Shown: positions 26,580-38,782, counted from the first letter of the stretch. The stretch is 64,000 bases of DNA from Mobula hypostoma (GCF_963921235.1 NC_086107.1:98768001-98832000), one strand, 5' to 3'. Notes: generated from the letters alone by a model not told the origin. Made by a program: numbers and translations.

Positions 26580-26706
26580 GTACATGCTAATCAGTACATT
26601 CCAGAGGAGAGTATCCAAGGAGAGTTGGAACAACTGGAGCAGCAGCTTGACGAACTGGAACTCCGTGGAGTTGCTCTGGAGGAAAAACTGCGCAACTGTG
26701 AAAACG
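26580..26706 (+). CDS. MICALL1: MICALL1 coding exon, start of C-terminal coiled-coil/bMERB region
   Basis: ttcag|GTA...G|gtgagt. Reads [42 protein letters not shown]. Confidence 0.95.
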
Positions 26707-27059
26707 GTGAGTTCGGCAAACCCTCATTGAACTAGGAAAGCGAGGCAAAAGTGCTTGTGTTTATTTACACTTTGAAGGATATTAGAGAGCCCACTAGTTC
26801 GAAAGTTACGGTCAAAGGAAGGGAATCGGGGCTGCTTGTTTGTACATGTCAACGTGATGGCCGGACTTTATCTGATTTGAATTGGGGGACTTGCGTTGGA
26901 GCAGTCATGGACACAGGTCCCCTGCTGTTCTGTAACCTCATAGCCTGACAGGGTCTCAGTTTAACACTGCACAGAACAATAAATCATCTTTTTTTGACCA
27001 GCACTGATTTAACAGCCTACATTTGTGTGTTCATATGTGAATGGGGGGAGTCCTATTGG

Positions 27060-27398
27060 TTACAATTGACGTGGAGAGGATGTTTCTTATAGTGGGAGAG
27101 TCTGGGACCAGAGGGCACAGTCTGAAAATAGAGGGACATTCATCTAGCACAAAGGTGAGGAATATCTTTAGCCTGAGTATAATGAATGTGTGGAATTCAT
27201 TGCCACAGATGGCTGTGGAGGTCAAGTCACTGAATGTTTTTAAAGTGGAGGTTGCTGGATCCTTGATGGGTCAAGGCGTCAGTGATTACAGGAAGAAGGC
27301 AGGAGAATGGGGTTGAGAGAGAGAATAAATCAGCCATGATGGAATAGTAGCCCAGACTTGATGGGCTGAATGTCCTCATTCTTCTCCCAAGTGTTATG
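27060..27398 (+). mobile_element. CR1 3' fragment
   Basis: Reads DVERMFLIVGESGTRGHSLKI...VWNSLPQ, followed by a CR1 3' UTR (atgggctgaatg...). Confidence 0.85.
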
Positions 27399-29096
27399 TC
27401 TGTGGGGCTGGGACCTGAGTAGAGGACATTCTGATTCAGAGGTAAGAAAACAGAGTCATGGCTGAGACCAAGGTGTGGCAGCGGTTTAGACCCCAGGTTA
27501 ACTAGTTCCTACCCATTTCAACCGGCTGTCACCACATGCCTGTGCTTCAGTTTTTGCTAAAACATCTCCACATGGAATTCTTTCAGGTGTCTTCTTGGAG
27601 CCACTTGAATAACATTCAAAGCCATTCCTGCAAAATAGGAATAAGTCTCATTGAGTGGATTACACAGGAGAAATTTATACAGCCTCTAGTTATCAGCTCA
27701 AATACGTTGTCGCTACTTTCCTTCATAACAAACTCTATGAACTGATATCAGACTAGAAGATCTTATTTAAAACTCCTAATTTAAAGTAATAGTGATGGTT
27801 CTGAAAGCCACAGGGAGATTTTCTGAGCTGAGTACTTTCAAAGATACAACCAGATCATTATTCAGTTCCTCAAAAATGACTGTTAAGCATTGGTGCTGGA
27901 GATCGAACTGTGTTTAACCCCTGTCATTACGCCACAAGGATATTTTTTCAACCTGTTTGGACAATAGCTTCCTCCTTGTCTTTAACTCTTTGGTGCTTCA
28001 TTTCAATTGCCACTTCACCTGGGGCTTTTTAAAGGGAAAACTGTCACAATCCATCTTTAGCGTCATCCATTCATTACACACAAGGGTTCTTCCCTCCTTC
28101 TCTTTCCCCCCACCCCCAGCCTTCTCTGTTCCACACTTCAGATCCTCAAATCAAAAATAATTACTGTTGAACCATACATGGATACAGCCGAACAAAACAG
28201 TGTTCCTCTGGGGCCAAAGTGCAAAACATACACAGCACACATACAGTCGTGCAAAAAAATATATAGCCCAAGTCCCTGAGTGACATGTCCCACAGATTGA
28301 TGGTGCGCAAATACACGCATACAATCCAGCTTGTCGTTCCATTGATCAGACACTGGGGGGCAGCACCGACAGGAGAGGCCAGCCCCCAGTCAAGCATGGT
28401 TGCCCCGCAACACTCCCTCCGGTGTCTCCTCTCATGGGCTGCAGCAGCAGGCAAGCCTGCGCTTGAGGCCTAGTCCTTACTATAACTGACGCCACACAGC
28501 TCCCCCGCCATCTGTCGCGACACCAAACAAGGGAAACGGGCCTGTGGCATCTTACGTCATCAATTTCCAACAGAGTCTTGCAATCACAAGAGAAACATTC
28601 AAAACAATCACCCACAGTTACACTGCACGCCGCCTTCACACACCATTTTCGATGCCTTCCTGTGGCAGGCAGCAACTTGGTCTCCACCAAGTCCAGCTCC
28701 TCTGCCTACAAGGAGCTGCAGACCCAGAGTTCTTGGAGTCCAGCATTGTCTTGTGACTGTGTAAAAAATAAATAAATAAAATAAAATAAAATAAATTTAA
28801 ATCTCACCTTTGCTTGGCGCCTGAGAGACAACTGGGTCCAAAAGCACCATCACTTTACCCCAGTACCCTTCTCTGCCCCCGCACCTCTCACCATTACACC
28901 CACTATCTCTTTCCACACGGCTCAGAGAAGCCCTCGACTCAGTGCAACCACTGCATACCCCCCATATTCTGCTGCAGCCCAGCCTGCATCTTCTCCACCT
29001 GGGTCCGTGTTTGTGGAGCTTGAGGAAGTAGGCATACTGGGGAGGGAAGAGGGCTTGTCAAGCGTCTGTCAGAACCCATTTTGTTTCCCTCTCCAG

Positions 29097-29187
29097 ATGA
29101 TGACGAAGATGATCTTCTGGTCGACTGGTTCAAATTGATCCACGAGAAGCATTTGTTGGTTCGCCATGAATCAGAGCTTGTCTACAC
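29097..29187 (+). CDS. MICALL1: MICALL1 coding exon, bMERB domain
   Basis: ccag|AT...AC|gtaagt. Reads [29 protein letters not shown]. Confidence 0.95.
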
Positions 29188-29550
29188 GTAAGTTACCGGC
29201 GTCTCATTGTGTGGGGATCAAAACCTGCATCCCAACACAGTTCTTTCTGAATGTTTCCAGCTTCCCTTTTCCCACATGGGCTAAGATTTACCTCCCCACC
29301 CTCCTCTTCTATACCTCCCTTAGGTTATCATCAGTGTTTCACCCCCGTGCCGCTCCCCACCGCCTCTGACCCTGTGCTGTTCCCCACCTCCTCTTCTGCT
29401 CCCAGCTCCTCTCTCCATACGGACACATTTGTATTACTGAGTGATCTGGTGATTTGTCCTTTGACAAGCTGTTGCTGATACAAGCAGAAATTGTTGAGTC
29501 CCCTTCTCATTTGCTGGCATAATAATCTGCTGCCCATCTTTACCCCCTAG

Positions 29551-29624
29551 CTTTAAACAGCAGAATCTGGAAGAGCGGCAGGCAGATGTGGAGTACGAGT
29601 TGCGCTGTCTTCTTAATAAACCAG
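29551..29624 (+). CDS. MICALL1: MICALL1 coding exon, bMERB domain
   Basis: cctag|C...G|gtgagt. Reads [24 protein letters not shown]. Confidence 0.95.
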
Positions 29625-29714
29625 GTGAGTGCCTGCAGTGTGCCGAACCCAGGAGCTTCCTTACCACAGTCCCCAGCTGCCTGAGGCTGACCGCTCCTCT
29701 ATCTGTCCCCGCAG

Positions 29715-29829
29715 AGAAAGATTGGACAGACGAAGATCGAGCGCGGGAGACAGAACTGATGCAGGAGCTGATTACGGTCATTGAACAAAGGAATGCCATC
29801 ATCAACAGCTTGGATGAAGACCGACAGCG
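29715..29829 (+). CDS. MICALL1: MICALL1 coding exon, bMERB domain
   Basis: cgcag|AG...CG|gtaat. Reads [38 protein letters not shown]. Confidence 0.95.
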
Positions 29830-30159
29830 GTAATCTGCAGATGAATGTGGTTATGGGATGACAGGTTGTGGCTGAGGGACACAGCAAGGTGGAGCACAAG
29901 CCCCTCGTGTATGGGGTACTCATTCAGAATAATTGGCTGATTGGCATATTATGCCTAGCAGATGAAGATTAGGGGGTTATGGGACATTTGTGGAATATAA
30001 CCCCCTGTGGAATTTAGGCATAGGCTAGAGAATGTCTTCATTTGTCTATATATGATGGGTACAAGGTAAAAGAAATCAATATTTTGTAGTCGACTATTTT
30101 CTGGGATACTGTATCGTACAGTATATTTATAGCTCAGAAACAATCAGCACAGAATACAA

Positions 30160-31240
30160 AGTTCAAAGTAAATTTGTTATCAAAATACATACTGTTTATG
30201 TCACCATATACAGACCTGAGATTTGTTTTCTTGTGGGCATACTCAGTAAATCCAATAACCGTAATAGAATCAATGAAAGACTGCACCAACAGGGCAGACA
30301 GCCAGTGTGCAAAAGACAAACTGCAAGTAGAAAAATAAATAAAAATAAGCAATAGGTATCGAGAACATAAGATGGAGAGTCCTTGAAAGTGAGTCCGGAG
30401 GTTGTGGGAACAGTTCAGCGATGAGGCAAGTGAAGTTATCCCCTCTGGTTCAGGGTCTGGATGGCTGAGGGGTAGTAAGTGTTTCTGAACTTGGTGGTGT
30501 GAGTCCTGAGGCTCCTTTACCATCTTCCTGATGGCAGCAGCGAGAAGAGAGCATGACCTGGGTGGTGGGGGTCCCTGATGATGGATGCTGCTTTCCTGCA
30601 ACAATGCTCCATGTAGATGTGCTTAATGGTGGGGAGAGCTTTACCTGTGAAAGACTGGGCCGTATCCACTACTTTCTGTACGCTTTTCCGTACAAGGGCG
30701 TTGGTGTTTCCATACCAGGCTGGGATGCAGACAGTCAGTATACTCTCAACCATATATCTATAGATGTTTGTCAGAGTTTTAGATATTGTGCCAAATCTTC
30801 TCTAACTTATAAGGAAATAGAGGTGCGGCCGTGCTTTCTTCATAATCGCACTTGTGTGCTAGTCCCATTGATAGCACCAAGGAATTTTAAATAGCTGGTT
30901 GCCCGCCATGCTGGGTGCAGTCTGTTATTAATTCTGTTATGGTTATTGGATTTATTGAGTATGCCCTCAGGAAAACAAATCTCAGGGTTGTATTTAGTGA
31001 CATATACAGTACATACTTTGATAATAAATACCCTCTCCACCTCTGATCCCTGGCTCATGGATTCCTCCAGAAGTCAATATTCAGCTCCTTGCTGACATTG
31101 TTGTGGCACCACTCACCCAGATTTTCAATCTCCCTCCTATTTGCTGATTCGTCACCACATTTGATTTGGCCAATGACAGTGGTGTCACCCGCAGACATTG
31201 GAGCTGTGTTTGGCCACACAGTCATAAGGGTAAAGTTTCT
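30160..31240 (-). mobile_element. Rex1-type LINE fragment with nested opposite-strand tail piece
   Basis: ORF 30517-30753: ESILTVCIPAWYG...HPGHALFSLLPSGR. A plus-strand tail copy sits at about 30898-31030. Confidence 0.8.
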
Positions 31241-31614
31241 ATCTGGATGATATAGGTAGCAGATTGTTGGTTACAGATATTTGGTCTGGTTGTGAGGGAA
31301 TAGGATCAGCATATATTGTGTCTCCACGTGACAGACAGAATAGTGGAGGACAATTTTCCTCTAGTAGTTACTGTGGGGTTACAGGACCACAGGCTTCCTG
31401 GGGATGATGGGGAAGGATCATGGTATAGACTTCACATAAGGTGAAAAGCTCAGGGTACTGGGGTACAAGCTGCCCAGAAGACAGACACAGGACAGACAGT
31501 CGGGTACGTAGTTCTTGCAGGTGATGGGGCAGGCAGAGGATGGTGAGGTACATTTTGAGACTAGTAGACCTGAAAGGGGAATGGAAAATAAATTCTCATA
31601 CAACTGTCTTACAG

Positions 31615-31661
31615 AGAGGAAGAAGAGGATAAATTGTTGGAAACGATGATTAAAAACAAAG
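31615..31661 (+). CDS. MICALL1: MICALL1 penultimate 47-bp coding exon
   Basis: ttacag|A...G|gtaaga. Reads EEEEDKLLETMIKNK, with phases matching the flanking exons. Not in the ORF track. Confidence 0.92.
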
Positions 31662-32166
31662 GTAAGATTATTGTTTGCACTTAATGTAATGGGGGAGTGG
31701 TTTAACATAGAACAATATAGTACGGGCCCTTCACGCCACAATGTTGTACCGAACTTTTAACCTTCTCTCAAGATCAATCTAACCCTTTCCAACTTTTCTT
31801 TCATCCACGTGCCAAAGAGTTTCTTAAATATCTTTAATGTACCTAACACCTCTGGCAGCGTATTCCACGCGCCCACCACTTTCTGTGTGGCGGGGGGGAA
31901 CCTGCCTCTGACAACCTTTCCTCCAATCACTTTAAAATTATTCCCTTTTCATATTAGCTATTCCCGCCCTGGGGAGAAAGGAGCTGGCTGTTCACTCTTA
32001 TCTAATAGTCTTACCATCTTGTGTATCTCTATCAAGTTACCTCACCCTCTTTCATTTCAAAGAGAATACTCTCCATCAATTCCTCTGATTCCTTTTGCAA
32101 CAACTTTTACCCAAGGAATAATTTTAGGTGGTGGGGCGGATACATCTTGATCAGAAGAGGTGTAGG

Positions 32167-32514
32167 CAACGTTCCCTCGAAGGTGTGCACATGTGCACGC
32201 TCGCACACCTTTTGCTACTAGTGCACAAAGGAAATTAAACTGTGCACAAAAGGTTGTCCCCCTCCACCTCATGGAATGTAAAGTATATTTCATGATCATA
32301 CACAATCATATTTCCTTTTTCTGGTTTCTGATGCGGATGGTGTTGACAACATGGAGTTTGTGATGATTTCTCTGCAGATTTTAGAACCGGCTTATTTAAA
32401 CTCCTTTTATTGAAGAAATTATTCGGTGCACACGTGTTGTTGTCACTGGGCATAACAATTGCACAGCACAAGATTTTTGTGCATGCTGCTCATTGCAGAT
32501 TAGGGGGAACGTTG
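32167..32514. mobile_element. hAT (Tip100-like) MITE
   Basis: TIRs CAACGTTCCCTCGAA / TTAGGGGGAACGTTG. 8-bp TSD GGTGTAGG/GGTGTGAG. Confidence 0.75.
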
Positions 32515-32852
32515 GGTGTGAGGTGCTCCTTCTCTCCGCTAGCCTGCAGGTCACCCTCTGACAAGTGTAGCACCTGCTTAGCCCCTGATCGGAGTCACGT
32601 GAAGCCGTAGGAGCAGATGGCGGATGGTCGTATGAGCAGCTGGTCCATATCATAAGTCCTGGTTATGCGACCACTGACACCAGGCCGACAATCTCAGAAG
32701 AGTATTGACGATGGCTGAGGTCACCCATCTTGTGAAGACACTGCCCAGAAGAAGGCAATGGCAAACCACCGCTGCAGAAAACTTTGCCAAGAACAATCCT
32801 GGTCAACACCATGATCGCGCACATCATACAATACAGCACATGGTGATGATGG
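32515..32852 (+). mobile_element. RTE/BovB-related SINE-like element
   Basis: Contains GAAGGCAATGGCAAACCAC...TTGCCAAGAA, a motif recalled from BovB/Sauria-type elements. Ends in a (GAT)n-like tail. Confidence 0.55.
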
Positions 32853-33527
32853 AATAATTTACAGTAGCCATGAAGCTATTGGAATGTGGGGGAAAACCAG
32901 AGCACCCAGTCACACATGCAGACTCCACACGCACAACCAGCACCCAAGGTCAGGTTCAATCTCGGGTGCCTGAAGCTGATGGCAGCACCACTAACTACTG
33001 CAGCATGATAATTTGATTTTGTCATTCTTATCCTGTTCAAATCCTTCCTTAGCCTCAGTCCTGTCTACATCTATAATCTTGCCCAGCCTTAAAATCACCC
33101 TCACATGTTCTATTACCTAGAAATTACACAGACAGACATGCAAGCACACACACAGACTTCATCACGAGCTGTAACTTCAACTACATGCATTTCTATCTTT
33201 AGGATTCATCTCTAAACCTTGCTTTGAATTATAACGTAAAACTATTTTTTAATTATTTGGCCTAAAAACTCCTGTGGTTTAGCTTCCTGTGAAGCTCATT
33301 GTAATGTTTATCTGTGGGAAGGGTTCTCTATAACGCAAATGATCCAACACACTGGCATGTACCATTCATTGTGAATGCCCAACCTGCCTTTCCTCTGACA
33401 AGTTACTAGCTTATCAATATCATTCTGTGTGTTAAGAATACCCTCACGGTCAACAGGACCAATTTTCATGTCTGCAAACTTGCTAATCATACCCGTACTA
33501 CACCACTGTCATAGCCACAAAAGCAAC

Positions 33528-33870
33528 CATATAACCATATAACAATTACAGCACAGAAACAGGCCATCTCAGCCCTTCTAGTCCGTGCCAAACTCTTATT
33601 CTCACCTAGTCCCACCGACCTGCACTCAGCCCATAACCCCCCACTCCTTTCTTGTCCATATATCTATCCAATTTAACTTTAAATGACAACACCAAACCTG
33701 CTTCAACCACTTCTGCAGGAAGCTCGTTCCACACAGCCACCACTCTCTGAGTAAAGAAGTTCCCCCTCATGTTACCCCTAAACTTTTGCCCTTTAACTCT
33801 CAACTCATGTCCTCTTGTTTGAATTTCCCCCCACTCTCAATGGAAAAAGCCTATCTACATCAACTCTCCT
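33528..33870 (-). mobile_element. CR1 3' fragment
   Basis: ORF 33606-33803: GNFFTQRVVAVWNELP...KLDRYMD. Tandem aaccatat tail. Confidence 0.85.
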
Positions 33871-35313
33871 TTGACATCCCCCACTGTCTCCTGTTACCAA
33901 AACAATATTGAGTCCAGTTTTTCCACACTTGCTGTTCTAATCTTTAAACCCTTTGGGAACATGTTTGCCCTGATATCTTACCACTTTTAGTTTATAAGAC
34001 CTCCACTTCCCAGATATGAATTTATTGGTATGTAGCTGTTCCCAGTCTTTTTAATATTGAAGTTGATCTTCCCCCCCAAGTCAGTCACTTAACTTTGGAA
34101 CTATCTTTTCCCTTTCTATAACTGCTTTGAAATTTAGAATTTCACTTTAGAATGACACTTTATTCACTTGCCTGACTTTATATTCCCTCAATATTTGGCA
34201 CTGCCCCATCCCTAGTGATACTGTCTATATTCCAGCACTATAAACTCTCTGGATGCATTTCAAAAGTTCTGCCCCCATCTAATCCTTTCACACAAGGATG
34301 GTTCAGGTTATTGGGGAAGTTGAATCAGCTACTGCTGTAACAATAATCTCGTTTTCATCTCTGTGATTTGCCTGCATTTCTGTTCCTCTATCTTCTGACT
34401 ATTGGGAGGCCTGTTGCACAATCCCAGCAAACTGTTCACTCTTTTTATTCTTAAGCTCTACCATGTGGACATATTGGAAGTTCTATCTAAGACGTCCTTC
34501 CTCATTAGCAATGGTATCCTTGATCAGCAATGAACTGTCCTCCCCACGCCCCACTTTGAACTCTGGACTTCGCTACGGCCTGTAGATACAAACGAGTGTT
34601 TGGGTGAGCAGCAAGATAGATTTGCTGACTGCTGCATGGGAACTTAGTTCACAGTCCATGGTTCCAACATGAGTACTTTTCAAATTATGATCAGTTCACT
34701 GAACCCGGCCCTAACCTGGAGATGACCTGGACCCTGGAATGTTGATTTGACTGTCTTTAGGATTCCAGACTTGAAATCATTTTTTCCATAAGGAGTTGAA
34801 AGACTAGAACAGTTTGTTTAAATTTTTTTGAAAGAATTGCAAATCTTTACATTTTTTTTTATAGAGGTCTAAGGCTGGTCTGTTGTTGAATAGTTTTATC
34901 GATAGATTCTTTGTCAGTGGCGGAATTGAGGGGGATGAAAATGGCGCCGGAAGCCACATTAACAGTCGAGCAGGCTTGAAGGACCATATAGCTGATTTTG
35001 TGTCATTAGGTAGTCCAGCTTCTAACCCTAGAGCAGCATCTCAGCTGTCTCTAGAAACTTACAGGCCTTGTGTGTGGTTCCAGGGTAGGATTTGATCCCC
35101 AAACAGAGTAGACCTCCAGATCTTGTAGTCCCAAAGACCATGGCCCTAATCTGCCCTCCTTCAGACTCCAGCCACACCCCCGCACCCCTGCCCCCCGAGT
35201 GTGGCGTGTCCTCTGCCTCCTCTGGATCCAGGCTTCACCTCTCATACAGGCTGTGTGGGCCCTTTGTCGGCTTCAGAAATGTGATCTCTAATCACCGATT
35301 TTTTTTTTAATAG

Positions 35314-35438
35314 ATTTCCACAAAGATCCAAACAGCGAAATGAAAAAGAAGGCAAAATTCAAACCAAGCAAGATGCTGAAGTTTCTTAGCAACAAACCAG
35401 AGGGAAAGTCGAAGAGTGCCAAAGAGAAGAACTTGTGA
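35314..35438 (+). CDS. MICALL1: MICALL1 last coding exon, basic C-terminal tail and TGA stop
   Basis: aatag|AT. Reads FHKDPNSEMKKKAKFKPSKMLKFLSNKPEGKSKSAKEKNL*, with TGA at 35436-35438. Confidence 0.92.
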
Positions 35439-36305
35439 TGGGGAAAGAAGTGCTGTAATGCAGGGAGAACTGCAGGAGTGGCTGGCACAGCTGACCGTGC
35501 TGGGAGCAGTTCTGCTCCACCATGTCTGGTGACTGGCTCATAGGAGTCTCGTACTTGATATCAGGCAGCTCCCTCATGTGCTGACTGAGGTTGCTTATTA
35601 TATATCATTATATGTGCAATAGAAACCTCTACAGTACTCCCTTTATTTTTGCTTAGTGCGGTGTTAGCTTACTGGTTAGATGTTCTGTTCCTTTTGCTAA
35701 AGTTGTCTCATTTCCACCATGTGGTTTTCTGCAAAGTTTCACAGCTGCAGAGTTGAATGCTCGCGTTCGACTTTCCTGGTGCTCATTCACCGAGGGCTTG
35801 TTTTAAGGTCACGCCCGGCTGTCACTCAGGACTGTAGACCAGAAATGTGCCTTTCCAGTGTGAAGACTGGCCCGCTTCCTGCTACGTTGTGCTGCTGTTC
35901 AGCGTGGTGTGTGAACACTCGGCGACCCACTGGTGATTCAGAATTCTGCGCACTGTGGCAGGTTATTTTGTGCCATTTATCTATCATCAACTTAAACTTT
36001 GCAAAGATATTAACGGTATTGCAAGATGCTGTATTGGACCTATAACTCAAACGATAGGCTATAATAGTTCCTCTGCAGCGTTGAGAACAGGATCTGCTAG
36101 CACTTAATAGCATGGTGTGACAGTGCGGTGTGTGGAGTCCAACGTGCAGGCATGGTGTGATCTATTACACTGTCGCGCTTCCTACAAATACTCTGGGGGC
36201 TTTGCTTCGGGTGGAAGTATGTCCAGAGCACTTCTGAGTAGCTTAAGACTGGCTCCCCAATCCTACTCTTCGTCTATCAGTAGATCACTATGCAACAAGA
36301 ACCTT

Positions 36306-37822
36306 CATAGAAACATAGAAAATAGGTGCAGGAGTAGGCCATTCGGCCCTTCGAGCCTGCACCGCCATTTATTATGATCATGGCTGATCATCCAACTCAG
36401 AACCCAGCCTTCCCTCCATACCCCCTGACCCCTGTAGCCACAAGGGCCATATCTAACTTCCTTTTAAACATAGCTAATGAACTGGCCTCAACAGTTTGCT
36501 GTGGCAGAGAATTCCACAGATTCACCACTCTCTGTGTGAAGAAGTTTTTCCTAACCTCGGTCCTAAAAGGCTTCCCCTCTATCCTCAAACTGTGACCCCT
36601 CGTTCTAGACCTCCCCAACATCGGGAACAATCTTCCCGCATCTAGCCTGTCCAATCCCTTTAGGATCTTATACGTTTCAATCAGATCCCCCCTCAATCTT
36701 CTAAATTCCAACGAGTACAAGCCCAGTTCATCCAGTCTTTCTTCATATGAAAGACCTGCCATCCCAGGAATCAATCTGGTGAACCTTCTTTGTACTCCCT
36801 CTATGGCAAAGATGTCTTTCCTCAGATTAGGGGACCAAAACTGCACACAATACTCCAGGTGTGGTCTCACCAAGGCCTTGTACAACTGCAGTAGTACCTC
36901 CCTGCTCCTGTACTCGAATCCTCTCGCTATAAATGCCAGCATACCGTTCGCCTTTTTCACCGCCTGCTGTACCTGCATGCCCACTTTCAATGACTGGTGT
37001 ATAATGACACCCAGGTCTCGTTGCACCTCCCCTTTTCCTAATCGGCCACCATTCAGATAATAATCTGTTTTCCTATTTTTGCCACCAAAGTGGATAACTT
37101 CACATTTATCCACATTAAATTGCATCTGCCATGAGTTTGCCCACTCACCCAGCCTATCCAAGTCACCCTGCATCCTCTTAGCATCCTCCTCACTGCTAAC
37201 ACTGCCACCCAGCTTCGTGTCATCCGCAAACTTGGAGATGCTGCATTTAATTCCCTCATCCAAGTCATTAATATATATTGTAAACAACTGGGGTCCCAGC
37301 ACTGAGCCTTGCGGTACCCCACTAGTCACCGCCTGCCATTCTGAAAAGGTCCCGTTTATTCCCACTCTTTGCTTCCTGTCTGCTAACCAATTCTCCACCC
37401 ACACCAATACCTTACCCCCAATACCGTGTGCTTTAAGTTTGCACACTAATCTCCTGTGTGGGACCTTGTCAAAAGCCTTTTGAAAATCCAAATATACCAC
37501 ATCCACTGGTTCTCCCCTATCCACTCTACTAGTTACATCCTCAAAAAATTCTATGAGATTCGTCAGACATGATTTTCCTTTCACAAATCCATGCTGACTT
37601 TGTCCGATCATTTCACCGCTTTCCAAATGTGCTGTTATCACATCCTTGATAACTGACTCCAGCAGTTTCCCCACCACCGACGTTAGGCTAACTGGCCTAT
37701 AATTCCCCGGTTTCTCTCTCCCTCCTTTTTTAAAACGTGGGGTTACATTAGCCACCCTCCAATCCTCAGGAACTAGTCCAGAATCTAACGAGTTTTGAAA
37801 AATTATCACTAATGCATCCACT
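36306..37822 (-). mobile_element. Young 5'-truncated CR1 LINE with intact ORF2 RT portion
   Basis: ORF 36397-37821, 474 aa uninterrupted: NYRPVSLTS, QHGF, LDFQKAFD, GVPQGSVLGP, KFADD. (TTTCTATG)2 tail. Confidence 0.97.
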
Positions 37823-38189
37823 GAAATTCTTCCAGACAGAACTCACCACATCAGCTTGACTTCCGTCATCTTAAGTACTCTCACTCCGGTGCCACAAGTT
37901 AAGCATTCAACTCTGCCCTGAAGGATGTTGAACGTAGTGATGTAAAGAGTATTCCTGTGCCACTGTGAAACATTGCAACACTTCTTTAAAAACTGGTAGA
38001 ACATGTTCTTGTGACTAAGTGTATGCATAAATACACTCTCATGCTTATTTCTTGAGTGTGTGCACACCACATGGATCCAGTTACTGAGACCAGCTAATAC
38101 AAATGTGCTTCCAAACCTAGTTAATTCATAATGAAGTATGCTTTCAAACATAGTTAAGTCATTTAAGATGGTGGTGAATATTGGCAACT

Positions 38190-38782
38190 TAGGTCGAGGC
38201 GTTTGATCTTGTGGTGTTCGCTGAGCAGATGTTTCATCACCAGTTGAGGTGACGTCCACAGGTCACAGTTGTTGGTGTTTCTCTCCAGGAGTGCTCACGT
38301 TTATATAACCCCCCTCCCCATTCATTTGCTTGCCTCAGTCCTGATTGGCTACCCATTCAGTTGACCTCTGAATTCTACTGGCTCGCGTTTCTTTGGCTCT
38401 TAGGGGTCTATTGACAGTGATCCATTGTCACAGTACAAGAAAGACACCAGTTTAACTGAGACACTGTGGAGGCAAACACGAAGTAGGCACAAGAATTCTT
38501 AGAAGCGTGGTTCTCTTTTGATAACTCCGAAAGCAAACATACAGTATCAAAATAGATACCATCTATGAAACCGCTAAGAGCCGTAGAAACACGAGCCAAT
38601 AGAATTCAATGGTCAACTGAAGGGGTAGCCGATCAGGACCGAGGCAAGTAAACGGGCAGCTATATAAATGCAAGCACTCCCAGAGAGAAACACTAACAAC
38701 TACGCACTGAGGATGTCACCTCGACTGGTGATGAAACATCTGCAAGCTAATCACCAAACTCGACGAACATTGCAACATCAAG
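38190..38782 (+). mobile_element. Penelope-like element remnant with inverted pLTR arms
   Basis: Arms at about 38205-38404 and 38572-38782 are reverse complements. The spacer encodes degenerate HQFN*D...ANTK*AQEFLEAWFS (GIY-YIG C-terminal-like). Confidence 0.8.
38704..38743 (+). ncRNA. Minimal type I hammerhead ribozyme motif (Penelope-type)
   Basis: GCA-CTGAGGA-T-GTCACC-TCGACT-GGTGAT-GAAA-CA-TC-TGC: CUGANGA and GAAA cores, 6-bp stem II, 3-bp stem I. Confidence 0.6.

Noticed and set aside
29434..29805. 123-aa antisense ORF over MICALL1 exons
   Set aside because: It is a shadow of the sense coding exons and the stop-free intron, with no independent support.
36397..37821. 474-aa RT ORF as a host gene or novel RT system
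   Set aside because: It has typical CR1 ORF2 motifs and a CR1 tail, is 5'-truncated with no true start, and lacks the endonuclease domain.
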